Part shown: piece after piece, positions 36,001 through 47,250 of the stretch
Layout of the letters: every line of letters starts with the position of its first letter
Position numbering within the stretch: position 1 is the stretch's first letter
Assembly (NCBI GenBank): GCA_000004985.1
Contig: GG738845.1
Direction: 5' to 3' (one strand)
DNA from: Naegleria gruberi
Taxonomy: Eukaryota
DNA length: 64,000 nt
Notes under the pieces: generated by a model
Told to the model about the DNA's origin: nothing
The model's database searches: none
Seen by the model: the letters and a program-made list of their open reading frames with translations, nothing else
Made by a program: the position numbers and the translations under genes

Positions 36001-37412
36001 TTTTCTATTTGGAAATTGAACACAAATTCCCAAAGCCATCCACTCAACCATTATCTGTATCGAGTAACAATATTATTATCAATTCTAGTTTCCACAAGAT
36101 GATTCCAAGTAGTGCTGAATCATCAATGGATGATGATACAACCAGTGAAACTGGTTCAACAATGAGCAATGCTCAAACTATTGAAGATGAAGAAGATTTG
36201 ATGAATACACCAAGTAAATCAAATAGCACACTAAGACCTGCCAACGTTCCAAAACTTCAAATTTCTGCTGAACCACCAGTCAACTCTCCACAAGATTCTC
36301 TGCAACAGTTGAAAAAGATTGAAGAACTTGAATTACTCATCAAGACAATCACTGAAGATAGAGATGAGTGGAAGAACAAGTTTGAATCACTCTCGCAGGA
36401 ATTCGACACTCAAAAACAAAGTGTAACCTCATTGAGTGAGGAAAATACCGATTTGAAGGAGGCCAATGCAATGCTTTCATCCAAGATTGAAACTCTAAAT
36501 GATGAGATGGAACAATTGAGAGCACAAACCAGAAAGCAAGACTTTGACATCAATAAGAGAAGATCCAATAGTGTACCTATCAAGTACTTGGGTGATTCTC
36601 TCTCCCTTGATGACGAAGAGGATGAAAATGAAACTAATCACTCCCACGACAAGTTGACTTCACCTCGTTCAAGTACCTCCTCTGAGACTCAAAAGATTGA
36701 TCTTGCTGTCGTTCCAACTGTTAATCAAATTGTTGAACAGTATGAAAAGCAAATTTTAGAAATCAAGACTGAAAATGACAAACTCATTGAAGAAATCGAT
36801 CAAACCAAGTATCTTTTGGAGCAACTCAAGAATGAAGCCACAGAAGAAAAGCTAACTTTCACACAACAAATTCAAAACTTGAGGGCAACCATTGAGAATA
36901 TGACTAATAATGGTTATATTCCATATGTTGATTCTGATTTTGAAACTGATGAGGAATCAGCTCACTCACCAAGCTCTTCTCTATCATCTGAGAGATCCAA
37001 TTCAATTCCAAGATTGGACACTTCATCAACCAATAGCACTAAAGTTAAATCTTCAGGAATGTCACAAGGAGCACTCACCACTCAACGTTCCCGCATTCAG
37101 GAACATGTCGAAAAGTATGAACAATTATCTAGAAGTAATCTTGACTCTTCTCGTATTGCCAGGAACAAATCCAAGTTTGGACATGACATGTTGGACGACT
37201 CTGAAACACAAAGTATTGATAACAAGATTCTCAAAATTACCATTCAAACTGTACAATATCAATTACAAACAGAGAGACAACAACACGAGCTTAGCAAAAA
37301 GGCACAATCCTCTCTGAAGGATGAAGTTAACATTTTAAAGAAGAGACTTGATGAAGCTAATAAGGTGATTGAAGATATGAAAAAGATTGTCTTTACACAT
37401 TTTAAAGTTTAA
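33009..37412 (+). CDS. Dbl-homology (DH) domain Rho guanine-nucleotide exchange factor with long C-terminal coiled coil; three exons join(33009..33549,33633..34480,34533..37412)
   Basis: DH domain RKHVINEIISTEKSYVTDLKTIMDVFYTPIV ... LILPVQRIPKYQLLLRELLKYTP spans exons 2 and 3. Introns GTAAGT...AAATAG (33550..33632, 83 nt, phase 1) and GTAAGT...AAATAG (34481..34532, 52 nt, phase 0) fuse the three listed ORFs. The listed start at 32988 is TTG; the first ATG (A-rich context) is at 33009. The C-terminal ~600 aa is heptad-rich. Confidence 0.8.
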
Positions 37413-37413
37413 T

Positions 37414-38712
37414 TTACAAGTTGAAATTTGATTTCTTTTGATACAAACTTCTTGGGCCATAATCTTCCCAATCTTCGTATGTCACAACAGCGTCTTCAAA
37501 GGTTGGTAAACTAGCAATAACAGATCCACCCATCCAAGCACTGAATTGTCTCATTGGATCAGCCAAAACTTTGAAAGGTTTGAAACTCTTTTCATTATTT
37601 TCCAATTCCAATTTAATTCTTTCCTTAAAACCATTGAAGAGAGTATTACCACCTGACAAGACAATTGAATTATAAAAATCTTTTCTGACATCAATAGGAC
37701 TTGCTTTGAATGTATCAAAAACAAGCTCTGCTAATCCAGGAGCATCCTTTCCCATCAAAGATGGATTGAATAATAATTCTGTACAAGCAAATAATTCCTC
37801 ATCAAGAGTAATAATTTGCCCGTCTGGTAATTCATAATCCTTCTTAATCTCTGAATAGGGTTTCTTCTTTTCCTTTTCAAAGTTTTGAGAAACGTAGGCA
37901 AATGATTCCTTAATTTCTCTTACAAAGTGATGTTCTGAAGAGCTAGCAAATCTATAACCCTTTGAGTAGAGCATTCTTTGCAAGTAATGTGTTACATCTC
38001 TTCCTCCAAAATCCAAGTGATTCATAGCATGATCAATGATAAATCCTTCAAATACAGGAACAGTGTGTGAAACACAATCACCAGAATCAATTACCAAACC
38101 AGTTGTTTTACCAACACTGTAGAGGGATAATAATGGTTGTGGCATGTAACACAAACCAGGAATTAAAAACAATTCAAACAAACATTCAGCCATCTTTTCC
38201 TTTTCCTTCTTTGTACTCATTGGATTATCAGTGATGAGTAATAATGTGTCCTCTGGTTCAACATCCAAAACATCCAACAAGGCATACTCAATAAGAAATT
38301 CAATTTGTTCCCAATCTTCAACTTGTCCTTTATCCATCGGATAGAACAATTGATGAGAGTGTCGTTGATCTAAAGCCTTATCACCAACTAGAAATTCCTC
38401 ATTCAAATATTCATCTTCCTCACTGGTTTCTGTAGCTGTCTTTTCATCACCATTTTCATCAACAGTGATTCTACTCTTTCCTAATCTTCTTAATCTCTTT
38501 AAATGAAGTTTTCTATATCGTTCCCGAATAGCACTTTCATCGTCCAGATGTGGCAAACCGACAACATTCTGAAAACAACATGATGGAATTTCTTCACCAG
38601 CAATACCAGCCTTAAACACACCACTTCCAAAATCAATCACAACTGGTGGTGGATTATCATATTCAGATCCTTCATCTGACGATCCTCCGAGTACGTTGTC
38701 ACTAAGTGGCAT
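37414..38712 (-). CDS. ARP6: Actin-related protein 6 (Arp6)
   Basis: Actin fold VVIDFGSGVFKAGIAGEEIP. The C-terminus SGGNTLFNGFKERI ... VVTYEDWEDYGPRSLYQKK matches human ACTR6 TGGNSLFPGFRDRV ... VVTREDYEENGHS. The LFNPSLMG and YVSQNF motifs are also collinear. The 3' end converges on the RhoGEF stop one base away. Confidence 0.8.
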   Translation of the reverse strand: MPLSDNVLGGSSDEGSEYDNPPPVVIDFGSGVFKAGIAGEEIPSCCFQNVVGLPHLDDESAIRERYRKLHLKRLRRLGKSRITVDENGDEKTATETSEEDEYLNEEFLVGDKALDQRHSHQLFYPMDKGQVEDWEQIEFLIEYALLDVLDVEPEDTLLLITDNPMSTKKEKEKMAECLFELFLIPGLCYMPQPLLSLYSVGKTTGLVIDSGDCVSHTVPVFEGFIIDHAMNHLDFGGRDVTHYLQRMLYSKGYRFASSSEHHFVREIKESFAYVSQNFEKEKKKPYSEIKKDYELPDGQIITLDEELFACTELLFNPSLMGKDAPGLAELVFDTFKASPIDVRKDFYNSIVLSGGNTLFNGFKERIKLELENNEKSFKPFKVLADPMRQFSAWMGGSVIASLPTFEDAVVTYEDWEDYGPRSLYQKKSNFNL

Positions 38713-38869
38713 TGGCTAAAATTCCTGAATGTGATGATTGGTTAATTTTTTAATGATAAAGAAAAAAAATTACATAAGTTATTGTTACGTTGCCTTAATG
38801 GGTGACAAAGCCAAGAGAAAAACCTATTGGTTTCTCTTTGAGAACAGAGTCTAATAAAGTAAGTTATAT

Positions 38870-41814
38870 TTATTGGTTTTCTACCTTATAATACATGGAG
38901 TTAGCACCGTCTTGTTGGGCTTCATGATCAAATCTCTTAAATCCAGCAGCATCCTTCTTCTTCTTTCTAACCATAAAGATAGCACCGACAATAACCAACA
39001 CTACAATGATCAAAACTACTGCACCACCAACAGAGCTTCCAATAATGATACCTAGATTGTTGTTGTTGTTAGTGACTGGAGGAGCAGTGTATCTGAATTC
39101 AATGGAGAACAAAGAGCTCTTTCCAGCCTCCTTACCCAAAACTGATACAAACACAGCTTTGTCAACAACAAGCCTTTCCTTTTTGAGGGTTATAACTCTG
39201 TCAACTTCGCCGTTAGTTGTAGATTTCCACGTGTAATTCTTTGGTGATGGATCATTGAACATATCTTGATTGATAAAAACATCAACCTTTCCTTCCAATT
39301 CCTTAATGTGGAGGTAAACATCCTTAGCCTTAGCAGATTCAGTAAATGGAAGCCAGAAGCTATAAACCAATGAATCCATATTTCCGTCTGGGGCAGTTCT
39401 ACCAAGAGTTGGGACATTTTCCAAAACAGTTGCACCAATGTTACTAGCCAATGACATGTGATAAACAGAGTCTTCAATAGCATGAACAGCAATATACCAA
39501 ACTCCACGTTTAAATCCAAGATCAGTTTGCTTAAGCAAAATACTGTTACCATAAGTGTTTTGGTCAGACCAAACATAGTTAGTAGAGTTGGCCTTTTGTC
39601 CATTTGTTGAAATGTACATAACAGTCTTTCCAGAAACAAGTGAGGCAGAAGCAGTGATGATTCTCAAAGCATTAGAAATGTCAACTCTGAAATGAGTAGT
39701 GCTATTCTTTGTGGCGTTGATGAGAATAGAGTCACCATTAGGGAACAAGTTCAAATAATCAGTGGCAACTGAGAGAGTGAATGGAATAGCTCTGGTGCTT
39801 GTATCAGTTGAAACAACACCATAAACAGAAATATAAATTTCTCCTGGAATGGCATCTTCAATGGTCAAAACATCATTACCAATGTTAATGGATCTTCCTT
39901 CATAATCATATCTGTTTGGTGTCTTGACGGAAGTACTGTAGAATATATCAGCTTCATCACCGTCCTTCAGCAAGTGAAGGTTAATATAGACCTTTCCTGA
40001 AGTCTTGATATTAAGAGTATAGTAGGTATAAGCACTTTCCAAAACCGAGCTTGATGTACGCATTCCTTCAGACAGAGTAGAAATAGCTCCAACTTGAGAT
40101 GCTGAAATAGAAAAGTATGAATCAGAATCATAGGCATAGACACCAATGTAGAATGTCTTTCCAGAAGCTTTAGCATCATTAGCTGGGATGTAAACAGTGT
40201 CAACACCAACAATATCAGCATACCACTGATTGCTTTCAACTGATGGATATTGGAGAGTAGTTGAAACATAGATATCAACGTCACCGCTGGATGGCTTGGT
40301 AGTAATGGAGATGGCATTGGATGGATATTTATCAGCAACAAAGGAGAAATATCTGTATGATCCCTTTGGAACCCAATTCAAATAAACTTCTTCACCATCA
40401 TTGAGGGCCATGATTGGTTGGGAAGTGGTGACTTCAATGGAGAACTCACCAGAATCAGCAGTAACAGTAAAGTAAATGAAAGGATGTGGAGATGGAGCAT
40501 CGAACTTTAAGACGCCATTGGTACCAGTAACTGCAACAGCCTTAGAATGGTACTTTGTGGCACTAGGTCTAGAGAATTGAGCTTCATAAACATTAATTGA
40601 GGATCCAGAAACAAGCTTCACAGTGGCAACAATGGTCTTGGTGAGATCGTTATTAGCATACTTGAAAGTATAAGACTTTGTTGTTGCAGTGAATGCCTTT
40701 TGGACAGGTTGGCTGGATGAAAGAACAACTTGATTTGGGTTTTCACCGAATGCCCAAACCTTATAGTTGGTACCATTCATCAAGCCATAAACACCAATGT
40801 AATAATCACCAGCTTCAGCACTTTTAAGAGTATAGGAATCGTCTCCTGACAATGAAACAACAACATCAAATTCAGATGAAGTTGGTTTAGAACCCTTACG
40901 GATATAAACCTTGGTTTCACCTTCACCATTTCTAACTTCGATGGCTTCAATGACAATGTCTTGAACTGATTCAAGACTTCTGAATACAAATGTGTCCAAT
41001 TCATTTTCATTGACAATATCTCTGATAAAGACACCTTCTGGCAAACGCATAGATTCATCATTAACATTAACAATAACACTGTAGACTGATTCAGAGAATG
41101 CAACAACGGTAATGTTCAATTGGGTCAATCCTGGAACAACCTTAATTTTCAAAGCATCGAATCCATAATCTTCAGAAGTCCATGAAACACCATTAGAACC
41201 AGTAACATAAAGATCTGGATCACCAAAAAGACCGTTGACAGAGATTGTTACCAAAGTAGCTTCGCTTGGCAAATTAAAATAGAAGGTATTCTTCTTTCCT
41301 CTTGGAGATTCAGCAAAGATGACTTCATTCTTGTTAATATTAATAATTTCTGTGATCAAAGTGCAACTTTAAGAATTTCATAAAAGAATTGATATTACAT
41401 ACCATTAGATCCCCAAGCAATAAAAGAAAAATCAGCAGATCTTTCTTGAGCAATAATACCAACATAGAATACACCTTGAGCAAATTCAGTGGTATTGTAG
41501 TAAACAATTCTAACATCACCAAAACCATTGGCATCACGATCAAGGCAATCAGCACAAGCAGTTTTTGGATAGTCAACGGTACTGATCCACATATCACAAT
41601 CACCCGAGAGTGAGTTCAAACTAAGGGACACAAAATCTCCTTCAGTCATACCCCAGGTAGTAGTATTAACGAGATAATATTGAATTTCTCCCTTTGAAAG
41701 AGTCTTTGGAAGATTCTTGCCGGCAACGTCATAATTAACAACGACGTTTTGACCAAAAACCAGAGAGCAAAGTAAAAATGTGGTAATTGCAATGATAGCT
41801 AAAGGTACTCTCAT
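38870..41814 (-). CDS. Secreted, receptor-like type I membrane glycoprotein built from repeated beta-sandwich (pre-peptidase C-terminal / GDxDLYV-motif) domains; two exons complement(join(38870..41349,41403..41814))
   Basis: Signal peptide MRVPLAIIAITTFLLCSLVFG. Recurrent GDCDMWIST, GDPDLYVTGSNG, SGDVDIYVSTT motifs and many N-glycosylation sequons. C-terminal TM LGIIIGSSVGGAVVLIIVVLVIVGAIFMV plus KKKKD tail. A 53-nt GTATGT...CACAG intron (41350..41402, phase 1) joins ORF 41395..41904 to ORF 38870..41359 in frame (...WGSNG-E-IININKNEV). Confidence 0.7.
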
Positions 41815-42188
41815 TTTTTTTAAGGCTGATATTTTCTTTCTTGCGCTGTGTGTTGATTTAGGGGCGCGTCTTTTGTTAAGGATTGTTGAACAAACAATAA
41901 GCAATCCTGTAAACCAAATATTTTTAGTGGACGACAGAGCTATGGTGCCCTACACTATTATTTTGGTTAGTTGACAATTTCTATTGCCTATCGACCTATG
42001 AAGGTGGTGCCAAATGAGCTAACTTTGTACAGATTTAATTGTTATCAAGTCTTGAAAGTGCACAATGAGAAGACAAGAAGGAGAAGCAACAATAAGAAAC
42101 TCCTCAAAGTGGAATCTTCACTTTTTTGTAACTCTAGGAACATTGAACAAATGGAAGAATTAATTTTCAAAGTCCTGTTCCAAATGTT

Positions 42189-44468
42189 TTATTTGAAATA
42201 CCAAACTTCAACCTTCAAAACAGAGAAGGTTGTTTTTGAACCAACTAGTGGCTCATTGTCAAATGTTGTGCATCTATTACTTGTACCAATACAGAGCTGA
42301 TCATCGATTTGTAAGGCAGGACCATCACCACCAGCACCAAATACCAATCTGTCCTTTCTACCCATTACGAAAAAGTCATTCTTCCTTGACCATTTGTATC
42401 TGGCTTCCACGGGATACATTGAGAATAAGAAGGTATCTGTCGTACCTTCAAAACGATAGGTCTTATCATAGGACTCACCACAGTAAGCTCCAAAAACACA
42501 AACATCTGCTGTCTTTTTCTTCTTTTCTACTGGTGCTTCCTTTTTAGCATTAGGGTCCTTCTTTAAAGACTTTCTTAATGATGTACCTTGCTCCTTATGT
42601 TTTCTAATCATTTCAATGACTTTCATGGCATCTTCTTCATTTTCAGAAATTTGTAATTCTTGTGTGTGAGGTTGATTTTTTTCTTCCTTTTGTTGCTTCT
42701 TGATATCGTCAATGTCACCATCTAATGAGATAGGAACGGCTGATATCAGAAGGATATTAGGGCCAATATCATTACAAATACTATACAATTGTGACAAACT
42801 ATAACCATCTCTAGAGGTGGTGAATCTCAGTGCAAGAGTTCTCAACTTTTGCTTATATGAAAGCCAAGAAAAGAGTAACTCCCATTGAGAGATATCCTTA
42901 ATGATTTCTGATTGTGAGGAAATCTTTGGCTTGACAAAGGTGGACATTTTACCAGTTAATTTGGCAGGATTAATTTCTGCTCTATTCTTTTCATCCAGCT
43001 GTGTAAGATATTTTCTTGAAATACCAAATTTGAAGGCTGTCTTGAAAAATTCATCTTCATCAATACTCAGAGAGGTATTTGTTGTGAGAATTTCTTCCAT
43101 AAAGTTTGGTGAGAGAATCTTCAATAATTTTGGTTCCATAGTTTTCAATACTGCAAATGCTACTCTGTATAAAATCTTGGCACCTTCATTAATGAATGAA
43201 TCCATAGTTCTCAAAACAAAGTTGAATGGTAAATATGGAACAAAGAGTCTAGAGAACCACTTATAGGTAACAGTACTGATATCAAAACCAATCTTTTCAA
43301 AATGACTTCCCAAGTTTGGAATATTCTTCTTAATGATATCACTAAATGATTCAATAAATAAAGCATGTTGCATCTTGTTAGTTCTAAAGTACCATTTGGA
43401 TTCTCTGGACTTTTCAAGCATACAGTGGGCAGTTGCATAAGCTTGTTTTTCATTCATAATGATCAATAATAATTGAACAAGATCTGGTAATGGTGGGCAA
43501 TAATCAATGTCCAAGTGATGATCAGCAAGAACACACAGAATTCTCTTTGCTGATTTGATACCATCAACATTGAGTAAACAAAAATCTCTATCAACTTCCT
43601 TCTTCTTAGTTACAACCTTTGGCTCACCAGTCTCTTCATCAAATTCTTCCTCTTCCTTCTTTGGTTCTTCTTTAACAGCTCCAGTTGGATTATCTACATT
43701 ATAACCTGGTAACTTTGAACCAAATTCAGCAACAATTCTTGGATCTACAGATTCAATAAATTCCTTCTTGTTCTTGTGAACCTCGTTAGTGGTATAGTGA
43801 CCGTATGTCTTTTCGAAGTGATTTTCATAGAAATATGGACTCTGTTTCAAAAGAGATTTTGAGCCAGAAATTCCAGTCCATAATAAACATCTCTTTGACT
43901 GAGGAATTCCAGATCTTATCAACCCTTTTGTGGATTTGGAAACTTCAGAGTGGCTGAGAGGGAATTTTTGAACATCCTTCCAAGCACCTTCCCTTTGTCT
44001 TTTATCGTCAGTGAGTAATGAATCAATTGGTATCTTTTGAATATCTACATAACGTGAAAGATGTAAATCCTCCAATCCATCAGTTTTTTCAATAAAAACA
44101 AAATCATCAGAATTGTCCTTTCTTTCATCATCAAGATCAATGTATGGTCCTTTTTCATCCACTTCATCCCAATTAAACCCACTTCCAACAGCAGAGTCAT
44201 CATCATCAATAAATCCACCAGTCTCCTTTTTACTTTCCACAGAATTTAAAATTGAGTCTTGTTTTTCAATGGCACTTGGTAAAATGTTTTCAATTAAAAG
44301 TTTAACCATAGATTTACCTGTTCTTCCAGGTGGAATTTTCTCACCCTTGTATAATCTTGTATATCCGTTATGGAAAACATCATAGTATCTAATGGTTACA
44401 TTTCTATTCAGTCTTAAAAAGGCTGTTTCTAACCAAGTCTCAGCACCACCAATAGACGAGAATGTCAT
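42189..44468 (-). CDS. TBC-domain RabGAP with C-terminal TLDc domain (TBC1D24-like architecture)
   Basis: TBC N-terminal motif SGIPQSKRCLLWTGISGS, and a TBC core ending DYCPPLPDLVQLLLI...RTMDSFINEGAKILYRVAFAVLK that lacks the canonical YxQ finger as in TBC1D24. C-terminal TLDc: DGYSLSQLYSICNDIGPNILLISAV ... VFGAGGDGPALQIDDQLCIGTS. Confidence 0.8.
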   Translation of the reverse strand: MTFSSIGGAETWLETAFLRLNRNVTIRYYDVFHNGYTRLYKGEKIPPGRTGKSMVKLLIENILPSAIEKQDSILNSVESKKETGGFIDDDDSAVGSGFNWDEVDEKGPYIDLDDERKDNSDDFVFIEKTDGLEDLHLSRYVDIQKIPIDSLLTDDKRQREGAWKDVQKFPLSHSEVSKSTKGLIRSGIPQSKRCLLWTGISGSKSLLKQSPYFYENHFEKTYGHYTTNEVHKNKKEFIESVDPRIVAEFGSKLPGYNVDNPTGAVKEEPKKEEEEFDEETGEPKVVTKKKEVDRDFCLLNVDGIKSAKRILCVLADHHLDIDYCPPLPDLVQLLLIIMNEKQAYATAHCMLEKSRESKWYFRTNKMQHALFIESFSDIIKKNIPNLGSHFEKIGFDISTVTYKWFSRLFVPYLPFNFVLRTMDSFINEGAKILYRVAFAVLKTMEPKLLKILSPNFMEEILTTNTSLSIDEDEFFKTAFKFGISRKYLTQLDEKNRAEINPAKLTGKMSTFVKPKISSQSEIIKDISQWELLFSWLSYKQKLRTLALRFTTSRDGYSLSQLYSICNDIGPNILLISAVPISLDGDIDDIKKQQKEEKNQPHTQELQISENEEDAMKVIEMIRKHKEQGTSLRKSLKKDPNAKKEAPVEKKKKTADVCVFGAYCGESYDKTYRFEGTTDTFLFSMYPVEARYKWSRKNDFFVMGRKDRLVFGAGGDGPALQIDDQLCIGTSNRCTTFDNEPLVGSKTTFSVLKVEVWYFK

Positions 44469-45106
44469 TGTACTGTATGTTCGTTCATGTTGTTGTTATT
44501 GTTGTACATTTGATGAGGAATTGTTGTTATTATATTTGATGATGAGTTAAAGTTTGATAATGATTTGATGAAAATAGAATTAGGGTTGAAGATGAGAGAA
44601 AACACAAACCTCTGAGCTAAACATTGTTGAACTTTTCTCTTTACGTGGAATGTATAGACATTCTCTTGTTCATTACAATCAAGTTCTGCATTCTCCGTAA
44701 CAATTTCAAATCTACATTCATCAACAAAAGTTATAATTGTATATTCTTCTTCTAATAATAATAATAATACATACTTGTTCAGTTTATCATTATAACTCAT
44801 GATAGAAGTGATTGGATCGTAGGTAGCAAACCAATCGGATTGATCTCTTGATATTGATCCCATTAAATCGTGTCCATAAACTTTAGTCATATTTTCAGCA
44901 TCCTCTTTTGATGGTGCTTTGAATGCCTTTCCTGTTTGAGCGGATTCATTTTCCAATCTTCTTCTTAAAATATGAAATGCTGGCCTTGGAATAATCTTGG
45001 CATATTTATCAGTATCTTCAAAGTATTTAACTACAATCATTTTCATTGGTTTTCTCTTCGGAATTTTACTTCCTTGAGCAGATGATGATGTCACTTCTTC
45101 TGTCAT
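44465..45106 (-). CDS. Hypothetical 213-aa protein with poly-N tail; stop overlaps the ATG of the TBC/TLDc gene (ATGA)
   Basis: ORF with ATG. The globular part MIVVKYFEDTDKYAKIIPRPAFHIL...YVLLLLLEEEYTIITFVDECRFEIV has no assignable family. There is a 4-nt overlap with the downstream same-strand gene. Confidence 0.45.
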   Translation of the reverse strand: MTEEVTSSSAQGSKIPKRKPMKMIVVKYFEDTDKYAKIIPRPAFHILRRRLENESAQTGKAFKAPSKEDAENMTKVYGHDLMGSISRDQSDWFATYDPITSIMSYNDKLNKYVLLLLLEEEYTIITFVDECRFEIVTENAELDCNEQENVYTFHVKRKVQQCLAQRFVFSLIFNPNSIFIKSLSNFNSSSNIITTIPHQMYNNNNNMNEHTVQ

Positions 45107-45673
45107 TCTTTTTGGTTATTAATAACAATACTCTTGGCAGCGATTATGCAGACAACGAAATACAAGAGAAGTGTTGTGATCAGAGAGATATTTTTTTTCG
45201 CTTTTGTTTATAGTCAGGTCTATTTTTGTGTTTGGTTTTAGATTTGATAATTATCGCACAGGTGCAATGAGACAGTTTATTTAATCTTCGGGCAAGTCTC
45301 TTTACACGATGTTGTTCTAATGTGCTCACTGTGTCATTGAGGTGTTAAGCTTCTAAAATCAATATCAATCAGATCAGGGATGTTCAGCGTGCTAAATGTC
45401 AAGCAGAACAGGACCAAATATTTCAATCCTTCAATCGAATGTGTAAGGATACATCCTCCTTCAACCATTTCTTATTTCAAATCAATATTGATTATTTCTA
45501 TTTATACAGTATTTGATTCTTTACGTACACTATGTTGAACATAGTGCAACAATAGCACTGGATTTTGACTGAACCAATTGACTTGTTTTTGAGAATCCTA
45601 ATTTCGCTCTACATTGGAGAAAATAATTCAAAATCTTGCAATACAGCTTCAAAACTTTTAAAAACGCAAAAAA

Positions 45674-47158
45674 ATGACGACAAATAATTCATGGAATCCA
45701 TTTCAATCCTCGGTGACCTTTTCCTCTATGGCACCTTCCATGATGAATACCATCTGTAATAATATTAATAATAATAATAATAATAGGAGAGAGATGGATG
45801 ACAATGGATCGAATCAATCATCTTCGTGTTATTATCAAGGAGAAAATTCGACGACAATTTTGGGAATGAATAACAAGACACATACTAAAATGTTTCTTCG
45901 GAATATTGGTGGAGGAGCCTTGCTCAGTAATAATGATAATAATAATACTTGTTCATCTGATATTCAGCATCGACATGATGAGGGAGTGCTAGTTTGTTCT
46001 CCTCTTCCTCCAAAGAATATTCAACAACCACAAATTAATTCTACTAATAATATTGAAAATTCTAATATTTCGGAGAGTCAACAACAAGCAATTTTACAAT
46101 CTGATCCACAATCAGATAAACCAACGAGTTCTCAACTTCTCTACATGAAACTTTCAAAGAATTTACTTGCTGGAGGCTTGGCAAGATGTGGTGCAGCTAT
46201 GATTATGTTTCCTATTGATGTTGTGAAAACAAGGTTACAATTTCAAAGAGAAGATGCCTTCATGCAAGGAAAATTACGTCATCACTACAAGCACGGAATT
46301 GATGCCTTTACTACAATTTTAAAAGAAGAAGGTTTCAGAGGTCTGTACAAGGGTCTTTCAGTTCGTCTTATTTACATTACACCAGCCGCAGCTGTTAGTT
46401 TCACAGTATATGAACAATTTATGCAATCTATCCAAGGCAGACTCTCCACTATTTCATCAAAAGATAATTCCTCCGAGGAAAAGTCAAGCCAATTTTCATG
46501 GACTACTCCTCTTTTAACACTCTCTGCTGGTCTTTTGGCCAGAATTTTTGGTACTGCCTGCAGAACACCTTTCGATATTGTGAAACAACAATTACAAGTT
46601 GAGGGACAATTGAAATTGAATAAGACTGAAAGAAATTTAAGAAATGGAATTATTGGAACAGCAAAGAATATTGTAAAACAAGATGGTTTTTCTGGATTCT
46701 TCTCTGGATATTATGTAACTTTATTGAGAGATGCTCCGTTTGCCGCCATCTATTTTACATCTTATGAAACTATTAAGAGAATGCTTAGTATTAAGCAACA
46801 AAAGCATGAAATTTCAACAGATGAATTGGCCAAGAAGAGACCAGGAAAATCCATTCATCACTTGTTTGCTGGAGCATTGGCAGGAGCTATTGGCACAACA
46901 TGTACAATTCCAGTTGATGTTGTCAAGACCAGATTACAAACTCAAAGCAAGACTGGCCTTAGGGAATATGATGGAGTAGTTGACGCATTCCGAAAGATTT
47001 ACAAACAAGAGGGTCTGAAGGCATTTTCTAAAGGTTTGGGTCCAAGATTAATCTACATTATGCCTGCATCTGCTCTCACTTTCACACTCTACGAAAAATT
47101 GAAAGTATTTTTCAAAATTGAAAACAGCAACTCAACTGAATCCACTAACAGTGCTTAA
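45674..47158 (+). CDS. Mitochondrial carrier family (SLC25) protein with poly-N-rich N-terminal extension
   Basis: Three carrier repeats: FPIDVVKTRLQ, PFDIVKQQLQ, PVDVVKTRLQ, each followed by a G-x-x-x-G-L-x-x-R-L pattern. Substrate class not assignable. Confidence 0.85.
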   Translation: MTTNNSWNPFQSSVTFSSMAPSMMNTICNNINNNNNNRREMDDNGSNQSSSCYYQGENSTTILGMNNKTHTKMFLRNIGGGALLSNNDNNNTCSSDIQHRHDEGVLVCSPLPPKNIQQPQINSTNNIENSNISESQQQAILQSDPQSDKPTSSQLLYMKLSKNLLAGGLARCGAAMIMFPIDVVKTRLQFQREDAFMQGKLRHHYKHGIDAFTTILKEEGFRGLYKGLSVRLIYITPAAAVSFTVYEQFMQSIQGRLSTISSKDNSSEEKSSQFSWTTPLLTLSAGLLARIFGTACRTPFDIVKQQLQVEGQLKLNKTERNLRNGIIGTAKNIVKQDGFSGFFSGYYVTLLRDAPFAAIYFTSYETIKRMLSIKQQKHEISTDELAKKRPGKSIHHLFAGALAGAIGTTCTIPVDVVKTRLQTQSKTGLREYDGVVDAFRKIYKQEGLKAFSKGLGPRLIYIMPASALTFTLYEKLKVFFKIENSNSTESTNSA

Positions 47159-47250
47159 TGTAACTTGAAAATAATGTTGACGAGGGCTATTTTGTCAAAC
47201 CTTAATTTCATTAAAGTTGAAAGTTTTGGAAAAGTGGAACATGGTATTTA

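Noticed and set aside
44465-44468. ATGA stop/start overlap read as prokaryotic translational coupling or an operon
   Set aside because: The surrounding genes have spliceosomal introns and A-rich Kozak contexts. The overlap is more likely one gene or tight eukaryotic packing.
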